Assembly (NCBI GenBank): GCA_036447835.1
Contig: JAZFVR010000209.1
Location: 1 to 24,417 of the forward strand
Length of the DNA: 24,417 nt
Source of the DNA: Alphaproteobacteria bacterium
Lineage (GTDB): Bacteria > Pseudomonadota > Alphaproteobacteria > JAAXGF01
Reading direction: 5' to 3'
How positions within the stretch are numbered: the stretch's first letter is position 1; every line of letters starts with the position of its first letter. Shown here piece after piece: positions 1 to 8,305 of this stretch. The position numbers were made by a program, and so were the translations under genes. The notes under the pieces were generated by a model that did not search any database, was not told the DNA's origin, and saw nothing but the letters and a program-made list of their open reading frames with translations.

Positions 1-233
1 GTCACCCCGGCGTTGGTCACCGCGGTCACGATCTCGTTGAGATTGGCCTGGTTGGCGACCGCCTGCATGCTGACCTGCTCGCCCTTGCACCCGACTTCCA
101 CGGCGCCCTGCGCGGCCTGGGCGACGAGATCGGCGAAGCTGGTGCCGGTCTGGTCGACCGTCGGTGCGGTCCCGCCCGCTTGCGACTTGGCGGCGGCGTA
201 GGCGGCGATCGCTTGAGAAAAGTTCACGGCCAT
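1..233 (-). CDS. fliE: Flagellar hook-basal body protein FliE (3' end runs off the window)
   Basis: Not in the ORF track. Manual translation from ATG at 233: MAVNFSQAIAAYAAAKSQ...SFADLVAQAAQGAVEVGCKGEQVSMQAVANQANLNEIVTAVTNAGVT. GGGAG RBS upstream; lies downstream of the flgC remnant as in flgBC-fliE operons. Confidence 0.85.
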   Translation of the reverse strand, partial: MAVNFSQAIAAYAAAKSQAGGTAPTVDQTGTSFADLVAQAAQGAVEVGCKGEQVSMQAVANQANLNEIVTAVTNAGV

Positions 234-288
234 TGCTTGCTCCCTCGGCTCGATCTGTGCTCTTGCCTACCTGACGGGGTTCGTTCGC

Positions 289-510
289 TCAGCGTGCGAG
301 GAGGTCGACCGTGCGCTGCACGATGCTCCTCGAGGCCTCGATGACGCTGAGATCGGCCTCGTAGCTGCACAACGTCTCGCGCATGTCGCTCATCTCGATC
401 AGCGGATTGACGTTGGGCAGCAGAATGTAGCCGTCGGCGTCGGCCGCCGGATGACTGAGGTCGAAGCGCTTGGTCGGCATCGAAAAGAGCTGGAAGTCTT
501 CGAGTTTCAT
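289..510 (-). pseudogene. flgC: In-frame flgB'::'flgC fusion remnant (73 aa)
   Basis: MKLEDFQLFSMPTKR resembles the alphaproteobacterial FlgB N-terminus. It continues directly into the FlgC C-terminal half FDLSHPAADADGYILLPNVNPLIEMSDMRETLCSYEADLSVIEASRSIVQRTVDLL. GAGGGG RBS before ATG 510. Confidence 0.85.
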
Positions 511-527
511 CGCCCCTCGCGGTCGTC

Positions 528-545
528 TGGCGTCTCGAGACGCCA
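528..545. repeat. Perfect 18-bp palindrome in the flgB leader
   Basis: TGGCGTCTCGAGACGCCA is its own reverse complement. Confidence 0.8.
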
Positions 546-576
546 AATCGGCTGAGCGAATGGTCGCGCAGCGCCC

Positions 577-591
577 TTAAAATGCGGTTAA
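577..591. promoter_or_regulatory. CtrA box in the flgB/csrA divergent region
   Basis: TTAA-aatgcgg-TTAA (TTAA-N7-TTAA); an extra GGTTAAC half-site lies at 642-648. Confidence 0.8.
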
Positions 592-680
592 ATCGGGGCC
601 GAGGATTTGGGCTTACATGGCGCAGGCGTTTGCGCTAGTTTGGTTAACGCTCTATCCGCCCGGCCAGGAAGGGCCGCAAC

Positions 681-905
681 ATGTTGTACCTGACGAGGAA
701 GATCGGCGAGTCGGTCATCATCAACAATAACATCGAGCTCACCGTGGTCGAGGTGCGCGGCAAGTCGGCCAAGCTGGGTTTCACCTTCCCCTCCGACGCC
801 ACGGTTCTGCGCAAGGAGCTCTACGAGCGCATCCGCGAGGAGAACATCGCCGCCGCCGGTACCGACGGCGAGGTGGGCGGGCCGCCGCCGCCCGACGGGG
901 ACTAG
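681..905 (+). CDS. csrA: Carbon storage regulator CsrA (74 aa)
   Basis: MLYLTRKIGESVIINNNIELTVVEVRGKSAKLGFTFPSDATVLRKELYERIREEN fits the CsrA pattern (MLxLTRKxGE, VxRxE). Confidence 0.92.
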   Translation: MLYLTRKIGESVIINNNIELTVVEVRGKSAKLGFTFPSDATVLRKELYERIREENIAAAGTDGEVGGPPPPDGD

Positions 906-918
906 GCTCAATCCCCCC

Positions 919-933
919 TTAAATCTTTATTAA
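919..933. promoter_or_regulatory. CtrA box upstream of the fliO-fliP operon
   Basis: TTAA-atcttta-TTAA. Confidence 0.8.
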
Positions 934-1002
934 GCATAAGCTTGCCATAGTCGCTCGACCGCTGGGCGTGGGTGCCCGCGGGTCAACGAGTGGAGCACAG
1001 CG

Positions 1003-1089
1003 ATGACCGAAAGCCGCGACGCGCGCGGCCACACGCCGGTCGCCGTCGCCGAGTTCCCCGACTGGCAAGCGGACGGGGGCGCGGCATGA
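1003..1089 (+). pseudogene. 28-aa remnant, probably of a small FlhB-C-terminal-like (EscU/YscU-type) gene
   Basis: GGAG RBS at 992-995, then MTESRDARGHTPVAVA-EFPDWQADGGAA*. VAVA resembles the opening AVAL motif of these proteins; the stop overlaps the next ATG (ATGA). Confidence 0.5.
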
Positions 1090-1409
1090 GCGCGGCATCG
1101 ATCAAGGCGCGCCTCGCCGAGGCGAGCACCCAGGCCACGGTCGCGCGCCAGGCGCTCGCCCGAGGTCGCGCGTTCGACCTCGGCGGGCTCACCGAGATGG
1201 TGGAAGGCGCCTGCCGGGACCTCGCCGACCTCGAAGGACCCGACGCCAAACCGCTGCACAAACAGTCGCTGGCGCCTTCCGACGAGATCAATGGCCTCGC
1301 CACGCTGCTGACCCGCGAGCACGCGGCGTTGAAGCAGGCGCTGGGCGACCTCGGCGCACGCGAGCGCGCCCAGTCGGCGTACGCCAAGACGGCGCGCGAC
1401 GATCGCTAG
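1086..1409 (+). CDS. Helical hypothetical protein upstream of fliO (107 aa)
   Basis: MSAASIKARLAEAS...AQSAYAKTARDDR; ATG 1086 coupled to the upstream stop; coding-like codon usage. Confidence 0.7.
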   Translation: MSAASIKARLAEASTQATVARQALARGRAFDLGGLTEMVEGACRDLADLEGPDAKPLHKQSLAPSDEINGLATLLTREHAALKQALGDLGARERAQSAYAKTARDDR

Positions 1410-1436
1410 CCTGCCCGTACGCCCAGGTCCGCGGCG

Positions 1437-1742
1437 ATGGAATTCGAAAGCTACCTCCGTTTTGGGCTCGCCCTTGTCCTCGTCGTCGGCCTCATCGGGC
1501 TCGCCGCCTGGGTGGCGCGGCGCTTCGGGCTCGCCGGGCCGACGATGTTGCGCGGCCGGGCGCGGCGCCTCGTCGTGATCGAGTCGACCGGGATCGACGC
1601 CAAGCGCCGGCTCGTGCTCGTGCGCCGCGACGGCACCGAGCACCTGCTGCTTCTCGGGCCTGCGGGCGACGTGGTGGTCGAGAGCGACATTGCCGCGCAA
1701 GACAAGCCCGCCGCCGCCGCGCCGGCCGAGGCGGCGCAATGA
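1437..1742 (+). CDS. fliO: Flagellar biosynthesis protein FliO
   Basis: N-terminal TM segment, then RRLVVIESTGIDAKRRLVLVRRDGTEHLLLLG; overlaps the fliP start. Confidence 0.9.
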   Translation: MEFESYLRFGLALVLVVGLIGLAAWVARRFGLAGPTMLRGRARRLVVIESTGIDAKRRLVLVRRDGTEHLLLLGPAGDVVVESDIAAQDKPAAAAPAEAAQ

Positions 1743-2479
1743 GGCGCATCGCCTGGGTCGCAGCACTCGCCGCCGGCGGGCCGGTGCTGCTCGCCGCGGC
1801 GCCGGCGCTGGCGCAGACGTTCACGCTCGACTTCGGCGAGGGCGGCAGCCTCACCGGACGCATCGTCCAGCTCATCGCGCTCTTGACCATCCTCAGCCTG
1901 GCGCCGTCGATCCTGGTGGTGCTGACGTCGTTCACGCGCATCGTCGTCGTTTTGTCGATCATCCGCAGCGCGCTGGGGCTGCAGCAGACGCCGCCCAACG
2001 CGGTGATCATCAGCCTGGCGCTGTTTCTCACCGCCTTCGTCATGGCGCCGACGTTCGAGCTCGCCTACCGCGAGGGCATCGCGCCGCTGATCGACGAGGA
2101 GATCGGCGAGACCGAGGCGTTCGAGCGCACCGTGGCGCCGGTGCACGGCTTCATGATGACCCACGTGCGCGAGAAGGACCTCGGGCTGTTCATGGACATC
2201 GCCGACATCGACTCGATCGAGGCCCCCGAAGACACGCCGCTCAAGGTGCTCATTCCCGCCTTCATCATCAGCGAGCTCAAGCGCGCCTTCGAGATCGGCT
2301 TCCTCATCTTCATCCCCTTCGTCATCATCGACATGGTCGTCGCCTCGGTGCTGATGTCGATGGGCATGATGATGCTGCCCCCGGTCATGATCTCGCTGCC
2401 CTTCAAGATGATCTTCTTCGTCCTCGTCGACGGCTGGCACCTCGTCGCCGGCAGCCTGGTGCAGAGCTTCAACGTATAG
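1739..2479 (+). CDS. fliP: Flagellar export gate protein FliP
   Basis: TSFTRIVVVLSIIRSALGLQQTPPN, PAFIISELKRAFEIGF and MMMLPPVMISLPFK motifs. Confidence 0.97.
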   Translation: MRRIAWVAALAAGGPVLLAAAPALAQTFTLDFGEGGSLTGRIVQLIALLTILSLAPSILVVLTSFTRIVVVLSIIRSALGLQQTPPNAVIISLALFLTAFVMAPTFELAYREGIAPLIDEEIGETEAFERTVAPVHGFMMTHVREKDLGLFMDIADIDSIEAPEDTPLKVLIPAFIISELKRAFEIGFLIFIPFVIIDMVVASVLMSMGMMMLPPVMISLPFKMIFFVLVDGWHLVAGSLVQSFNV

Positions 2480-2520
2480 GGAGCGCGCCCGGGTGAGCGC
2501 TGCGCGCGGTGGCCCCCGCC

Positions 2521-5500
2521 TCAGTTGATCGCGCTCAGGGAGCCGTTGCGCGCGCGTGCGCGGTAGCCGGCCATGAACGCCTCGAAGATGTCGACCTCGG
2601 CGACCGCGGCGGGCAGCTCGCGCACCGGAACGCGCTTGCGGTCGACCTCGGAGGTGATCATCGCGAACGCGCCCTCGTTGGCGTCGCCCTTCATCTTGGC
2701 GGCGTAGCGCTCGCGCGCGCGGGCGAGGCCCTTGACGTCATCGGCGAGCGAGAGCGCCACGACGAGCCTGAGGACGTGCTGGCTGGCGAAGAAACCGAGC
2801 GGGGGATCGAGCGGCGTCTGCTCGAGGATGCGCCAGGTCGCCGCCGCCGCCCTGGCCCACTTGCCCGCGCGCCAGAAGATGTCGGCGCGCAGAAGCTCGG
2901 CCTCGCGGCTGCGATCGCTGCGGATCAGCGCAATCGCGTCGTCGTGACGATCGAGCTCGGCCAAAGCCCGCGCCTCGAGCTGGCGGCGCTGGCCGGCGAG
3001 ATCGCGGGTGACACCCATCATCTCGCTCGCCGCCAGCGCCTCGAGCGCGCGCTCCGGCTGTTGATTCATCAGCAGGATGACCGCGAGCCGGGTGCCCACC
3101 CGCGACTTTTCGATCCCCTCGAGCCGGTAGGTGAGCTGGTGCTCGAGCACGTCGGCCGCCTGGTCGAGCAGATCGACGGCGACGAGCCTGTCGGCGAGCG
3201 CCTGCATGACCTCGTCGCCGCCCTTGCCGATCGGGGTCAGCTCGCGGAACTCGTAGAACAGCGTAAGCACCTCGCGCGCCGGCACGTCCTCGAGCCTGCC
3301 CTCGAGGAACATGCCGGTGAACAGCTCGCTCATGCGCTCGGTGACCGCGGCCGTCCGGAAGTGGTTGGCGAAGTAGGTCACCGACCGTTTCATCGCCTCG
3401 AACCCGCGGATGAACGCCTTGTCGGCAACGTAGAGCTCCGCCAGCTCGAGCAGCAGTCGCAGCTCGAGATCGTCGCCGCGCCACGCGAAACGCAGGCTCT
3501 CGAGCGACTCGATCGCTTCCGCGCGCGTCGTTTCACCGGTCTCGAGCATCAGCAGCGCGCGTTCCAGGCTGCTGCCCGCGCGCGCCAGCCGGTCGCTGCT
3601 GTTTACCGTCTTGTCCCACAGCTCCCGCGCCGCGTCGGTGTTGTCGACGGCACGCAGCGCCCGCCCGCGAATGTAGTTTGCCCGGTCGATGACGACGGGA
3701 TCCTCGACCGAGGCGAGAATGGCGTCGAGGTAGGCGTTGGCCGCCGTCATGTTGGTCGCCTCGACCGCGGCCTCGGCGGCGATGAGGCCGATCTGGCTGC
3801 GCAGCGGATGCGGCAGTTCGAGCCACAGGACGTCGGCGCGCACGAAATGGACCGTCGCCGCCTCCTTGTCGCCCAGCCGGCTGGCGAGCACGCCGCGCCA
3901 CAGCGCGATGTCGTCGTAGGCGTCGAGCGAAGGGTGATTGAGATCGGCAATGGCGCCTTCGTAACGGTTGTGCATGAGCTGCGAGATGCCGCGCACCGCG
4001 CGCAGTGTCGGGTCCTCGGCAACGGTCAGGTCTTCCTCCATCAACAGCTCGAATCGGCCCAGCACCTCTGCGAAATAACCATTGGCGAACAGGAACAACA
4101 GCTGGTCGATACGCGCCTGCCGGCGCTCTTCCACCGGCGCCACCACCACGGCGCGTTGTAGCTCTTGGCTCTTGTCGTAGAACGCGGCCACGTCGCCGCC
4201 GCGCCAGGCGGCGAAGTCCAGCAGCCTGGTCGCCGGGCCGGTGCGGCGCGTGATGCGGGCCCGTTGTTTGGGGGCCGGCCGCTCCACCGGGCCAGCGGCA
4301 TACGCCAGCTCGACGCCGGCAAGGCTCGTGCGTACGTCGAAACCCCGCGACTTGGGGAGCGCCACGATGCCTTGCGCCGTCGCCAGCAGCTCGAAACCCT
4401 CGAAGCTCCGGCCCTCGACGACCCCGGTGGCCGACGCCACCACCGGCACGACCACGAAGGTCGTGAGATCGTCCGGATCGCTCACCTGGACGCTGTCGGC
4501 GACGTCGGCGATCTTCAGTTGAACGCCGATGCCGCGGGTTTCGTCGTCGAAGGGTCGAACCTCGATCGCTTTCGGAGCTTCGGGCTTGGCGGTGAACTGC
4601 GCCAGCCACAGGTTGCCGCGCCGGCTCAACGCGACCCCGTAGCCGGCGCGCAGCCGGAAACGAAACACGGTAGCGCTCGAATGGGAAACCTGCGCCACCG
4701 ACTGGTAGGCCGGCGATTCATGCGCCAGCGCGTCGGTGAGATCGACCGAGAAGCGCTCCGGAAACACCAGCCAGACATTCCCGTCGTGCACGAAGGCGGC
4801 GCTCGCCAGCCGCTTGCCAGCGTTGAAGCTGACCAGGCTGCGGTCGCCGGTCGACTCGACGGCAACCCTCATCGGCGCCGGACCCAGCGAGATCTCGGCC
4901 GCGGTCGTCCCCAGCGATCGGCCGGCGACGGTCTGCGGCGCGTCTTCGGCGGGTAGCGACAACGGCACCAGCGCGATGGTCCCGCCGTGCGCCGCCATAC
5001 GACTCACCGTGCTCGCGGCGGGCCGGGATTCGGTCATGGCCGCTGGGCGGTATTCGGCGGAGGCGTCGGCCGCGGCCGGGGTTGCGGGTAGGGTCGCCGC
5101 CGACGGCGCCATCTCTCGGGCGACCTCTTGCGCGTCCCCCGGCAGCGGGTGCGGAGGTTCGCCTTCCGCGCCCGTCTCCGGCGCCGGATCGGGCGGCAGC
5201 GGAGTCGCATCGACCGTCGCCTTCACAGACGGTGCGAGGCCATCGTCGGGCGGTGTCGAAGCCTCTCGCGGGCGGGCGGCGGGCGCCTCGGGCCGGTCGC
5301 CTGCCGCGCCTTGGCTACGGGGGGCGAACACGTCGAGCACAACGCTGGTGCCCGAGCGGAAGTGCCGCAGGCGGTTCGGAGCGGCGACTGCGAGAGTCAC
5401 TATGGTGCGTTTGCCGGAGGTCTCGATTTCCCCGGCACCAATGTTCCGTGGCGGGCCGGCATTGAGCGCCGCCAGGTCGATGGTCGCGGCGCGGTCGAAC

Positions 5501-6018
5501 CGGATGATCGCCCTGCCGTCCTCGTGCGTGACCTTGTAATCCACCGGCATCCGCCAGTCGAAGACGATACGGCTGTAGCCGGGATGGTCGCCCACCCGGA
5601 CGTCGACGCGCGGCAGGGCCGGGCTCGGCGCTGCGGCGCCCGAGGCGGCCGCGTCGCCCACCAGATCGACCACCACCGACTTCTCGTAGACGAAGGTGCG
5701 CAACGAGAAGTCGCCGGTGAGCGAGAGCGCGACGGTACGGCCGTCGGCGTCGACGCGGGCGTCGCTCACATAGGCGCGAAGGCTGCGGCGCACCCCGTCC
5801 AACGATACGCTTAGCGGCCGGGCGAAGGTGACGCGGAGGACGCGGCCGTCGATTCTGGCGTCGTAGGTGGCCGGCGCGGGCCAGTCGAAGACGATGCGGG
5901 CGAAGCCGTCGTGTGCGGCCGCCCGGGTCGTCACGGTCTCGGCCGCCCGTGCCGCGGCGCCGGCAAGCACCGACACCGCGAGCGCGACGACGGCGAGTGC
6001 ACGGGCGCTACGTGCCAT
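2521..6018 (-). CDS. Large exported flagellar-motor-associated protein (about 1165 aa): signal peptide, two AMIN-like repeats, low-complexity linker, TPR-like C-terminus
   Basis: ATG 6018 gives MARSARALAVVALAVSVLAGAAARA (signal-like). Repeats HDGFARIVFDW and HPGYSRIVFDW. C-terminal LADRLVAVDLLDQAADVLEHQ region. Frame uninterrupted. Confidence 0.8.
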   Translation of the reverse strand: MARSARALAVVALAVSVLAGAAARAAETVTTRAAAHDGFARIVFDWPAPATYDARIDGRVLRVTFARPLSVSLDGVRRSLRAYVSDARVDADGRTVALSLTGDFSLRTFVYEKSVVVDLVGDAAASGAAAPSPALPRVDVRVGDHPGYSRIVFDWRMPVDYKVTHEDGRAIIRFDRAATIDLAALNAGPPRNIGAGEIETSGKRTIVTLAVAAPNRLRHFRSGTSVVLDVFAPRSQGAAGDRPEAPAARPREASTPPDDGLAPSVKATVDATPLPPDPAPETGAEGEPPHPLPGDAQEVAREMAPSAATLPATPAAADASAEYRPAAMTESRPAASTVSRMAAHGGTIALVPLSLPAEDAPQTVAGRSLGTTAAEISLGPAPMRVAVESTGDRSLVSFNAGKRLASAAFVHDGNVWLVFPERFSVDLTDALAHESPAYQSVAQVSHSSATVFRFRLRAGYGVALSRRGNLWLAQFTAKPEAPKAIEVRPFDDETRGIGVQLKIADVADSVQVSDPDDLTTFVVVPVVASATGVVEGRSFEGFELLATAQGIVALPKSRGFDVRTSLAGVELAYAAGPVERPAPKQRARITRRTGPATRLLDFAAWRGGDVAAFYDKSQELQRAVVVAPVEERRQARIDQLLFLFANGYFAEVLGRFELLMEEDLTVAEDPTLRAVRGISQLMHNRYEGAIADLNHPSLDAYDDIALWRGVLASRLGDKEAATVHFVRADVLWLELPHPLRSQIGLIAAEAAVEATNMTAANAYLDAILASVEDPVVIDRANYIRGRALRAVDNTDAARELWDKTVNSSDRLARAGSSLERALLMLETGETTRAEAIESLESLRFAWRGDDLELRLLLELAELYVADKAFIRGFEAMKRSVTYFANHFRTAAVTERMSELFTGMFLEGRLEDVPAREVLTLFYEFRELTPIGKGGDEVMQALADRLVAVDLLDQAADVLEHQLTYRLEGIEKSRVGTRLAVILLMNQQPERALEALAASEMMGVTRDLAGQRRQLEARALAELDRHDDAIALIRSDRSREAELLRADIFWRAGKWARAAAATWRILEQTPLDPPLGFFASQHVLRLVVALSLADDVKGLARARERYAAKMKGDANEGAFAMITSEVDRKRVPVRELPAAVAEVDIFEAFMAGYRARARNGSLSAIN

Positions 6019-6733
6019 CCCCGCCTCCGTCGGCGAAGGCCTCGCGAATGACGATGTCGACGCGGCGGGCGAGCCGATAACGCTGCTCGTCCACGAAATC
6101 GGCGGGAATCTCGTCGAAGCGCGCATCGGCGAACCCGAGGGCGATGATCTCCCGAGTATAGCCGACGGTGCGCAGACCGTCGGCGACCGCCACCGCCCGG
6201 TCGAGCGAAAGCTCCCAGTTCGAGCGCGTACCGCGGCCTCGAATCGGGTTTGGGTCGGTATGGCCGTTGACGTCGACTCGATTGGCGATATGGCGCAAGG
6301 TTTCGCCCAGCTCGTTGAGTGCCTGACGCGCCTCAGGGGTCAACTCGGCGCTGTTCGAGGCGAACAGAAGGTCGCCCGGCAGGGTGATGACGAGCCGGTC
6401 GTCGATACGGCGCAACAGCGCCTGGCCGAGTACCGGGCGACCACGCGTCTTCTGGGCGATCACCGCATGCAGATAATCGAGGTCGGTGGCGTCGGCGCTG
6501 GCGATCGTCTTCGCGGTGCGGTCGGTCAGGCCGGGAACGGATTCCCAGCCGCGGTCGGGATTGAGCCGCTGCGACAGAGCGCTGATCATGATTTCCCAGT
6601 TCGCCTCCTTGACCGACGACATGGCAAACAACATGACGAAGAAGGTGAGCAGCAGCGAGATCAGGTCGGCGAAGGTGATCAACCATCGCGTTTCGATCGG
6701 GCGCTCGGGGCTGCGCTCTGGAGGGAACGGCAT
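6008..6733 (-). CDS. motB: Stator protein MotB (OmpA-like peptidoglycan-binding domain)
   Basis: WLITFADLISLLLTFFVML has the essential Asp; GHTD, NWELSLDRA and RRVDIVI motifs. Confidence 0.93.
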   Translation of the reverse strand: MPFPPERSPERPIETRWLITFADLISLLLTFFVMLFAMSSVKEANWEIMISALSQRLNPDRGWESVPGLTDRTAKTIASADATDLDYLHAVIAQKTRGRPVLGQALLRRIDDRLVITLPGDLLFASNSAELTPEARQALNELGETLRHIANRVDVNGHTDPNPIRGRGTRSNWELSLDRAVAVADGLRTVGYTREIIALGFADARFDEIPADFVDEQRYRLARRVDIVIREAFADGGGDGT

Positions 6734-6736
6734 GGT

Positions 6737-7417
6737 CTACTCCCCGCCGGCTGCCGACAGGAGCGCGTCTTCGCCCGCCGCCCGGGTGAAGAACAGCAGA
6801 CGCAGCATCGCCGGATCGCCCTCTTCGATGCCGACCGATATATGGTTCGCGGACACGTTGCGCGCGTCCAGCTGCCGCGCGAAGGCGCCGGCGCGCTCGA
6901 CCGCGATCGCCCGCTCGGGTGTCGGGTTGCGCGCCTCGGCGACCGGCAACGCGATCAGCAGCTCGGCCTCGAAATAATGACCGGGAATCTCCCGGTTGAG
7001 GGCCGCGGCGAGCCGGTCGAAAAAGGGTGCCTGCTCGGCCAGCGGCGTGGTCCGGCCGGGCGCATAGATCGACTCGACGGGAATCTCCACCTGCATCTGC
7101 CCGAAGGGCTGATAGGGCGAGACCTTGACGAAAGGAAACTCCGCCTCGAAGAGCGCGCGCACCGTATTCTCGAAATCAGCGATGGCCGAGAAGACGCCAC
7201 TCCCGGGGGCGACGTCGAAAGGCCCCGTGGCCACCAGGGCGGGCTCGGAGAAGGTCGCGCCGAGACTGCCGAGCACCGCATTGGAGCGCGCTTCCTGGCG
7301 GCTGGAGATGGCGTTCATCAGGATGAAGAAAGCGAGGATGATGAGATAGAGGGCGAGGAAGATCGGCGTCGTGGAATCGCCCGGCGCCTTGGGCTTCGCT
7401 GGGAGTCCCCCGATCAT
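6737..7417 (-). CDS. MotB-like paralog lacking the catalytic TM Asp
   Basis: TM IFLALYLIILAFFILMNAIS aligns with the MotB TM with Ala at the Asp position; degenerate OmpA-like C-terminus. Confidence 0.7.
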   Translation of the reverse strand: MIGGLPAKPKAPGDSTTPIFLALYLIILAFFILMNAISSRQEARSNAVLGSLGATFSEPALVATGPFDVAPGSGVFSAIADFENTVRALFEAEFPFVKVSPYQPFGQMQVEIPVESIYAPGRTTPLAEQAPFFDRLAAALNREIPGHYFEAELLIALPVAEARNPTPERAIAVERAGAFARQLDARNVSANHISVGIEEGDPAMLRLLFFTRAAGEDALLSAAGGE

Positions 7418-7426
7418 GGCCGGGGC

Positions 7427-7795
7427 TCAGTCGAAGCTTGCGAGCAGCGCGTCGATATCCTCTTGCTTGTTCCCCTCTCCGGGCAACTGCGGACCGTTGA
7501 GCAGATCGTGATCGGCGCCGGTCGGCTTGTTCTCCCCATCGGTGGCCGCCTCGTCCTCGACCGCCGCGTGCGTCGCCCGCACCTCGTCGCCGAAGACGCT
7601 GACGAGCGGGTCGAGACGCTCCTCGATATGCTCGAGGGTGGTGATGACCTTGCTGATGCGCTGGCCGGTGAGATCCTGGAAACCGCACGCTCCGAAGATA
7701 CGGATGACCTCGTCGGTGGCGACGGTGTCGCCGCGCTCGGCGCGTAAGGCTTCCACACGCGCGCTGACGTCATCGCCGATTTCCTGCGCCTTCAC
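7427..7795 (-). pseudogene. cheZ: Alphaproteobacterial CheZ-type phosphatase with probable internal in-frame deletion (122 aa)
   Basis: N-terminal VEALRAERGDTVATDEV runs directly into IRIFGACGFQDLTGQRISKV. C-terminal LLNGPQLPGEGNKQEDIDALLASFD. The central helical region appears to be missing. Confidence 0.7.
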
Positions 7796-7809
7796 CGAGC
7801 ACGCTCCGT

Positions 7810-8196
7810 TTAGAATTCGCCGATCGCGCTGACGATCTTCGACTTCAGCGTTTCCGCGTTGAACGGCTTGACGATGTAGTCGTTGACGCCCGCCTCTTTC
7901 GCGGCGACGACGTTCTCGGTCTTGCTCTCGGCAGTGATCATGATGAAGGGCATCTCCTTCAGCTCGTCGTCGGCGCGCACCTCGCGCAACAGCTGCAATC
8001 CGGTCATCGGCTCCATGTTCCAGTCCGAGATCACGAGTTCGAACTTGTTGCCACGCAGCTTGTCGAGAGCCGCCTTGCCGTCGGTCGCCTCGTGGATGTT
8101 GGTAAAGCTGAGCTGGCCGAGGAGACCACGGATGATGCGCAGCATCGTCTTGTAATCGTCCACGATGAGAATCGGCATGCTTTGGTCTACGGCCAT
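7810..8196 (-). CDS. cheY: Chemotaxis response regulator CheY
   Basis: ILIVDD, ISDWNMEPMTG, ITAE and YIVKPF motifs intact. Confidence 0.95.
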   Translation of the reverse strand: MAVDQSMPILIVDDYKTMLRIIRGLLGQLSFTNIHEATDGKAALDKLRGNKFELVISDWNMEPMTGLQLLREVRADDELKEMPFIMITAESKTENVVAAKEAGVNDYIVKPFNAETLKSKIVSAIGEF

Positions 8197-8254
8197 GACC
8201 TGCGCTCCGTCCCTCGATCGGATCGGAATGGACCCTGCGTACAGAGCCGATAGG

Positions 8255-8283
8255 TTAAGGTCGATTGGTTAAACGACGGTTAC
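8255..8283. promoter_or_regulatory. CtrA-like sites upstream of the cheY operon
   Basis: TTAA-acgacgg-TTAC at 8269-8283, plus a GGTTAA half-site whose TTAA is at 8255-8258. Confidence 0.6.
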
Positions 8284-8305
8284 GGCTGGCGCGCTGGGCG
8301 TCCGT

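Noticed and set aside
2509-7747. Long plus-strand ORFs (2509..4161, 5867..7747 and others) opposite the scaffold/motB/cheZ genes
   Set aside because: Antisense shadows typical of high-GC DNA; no motifs; the opposite strand carries recognisable proteins.
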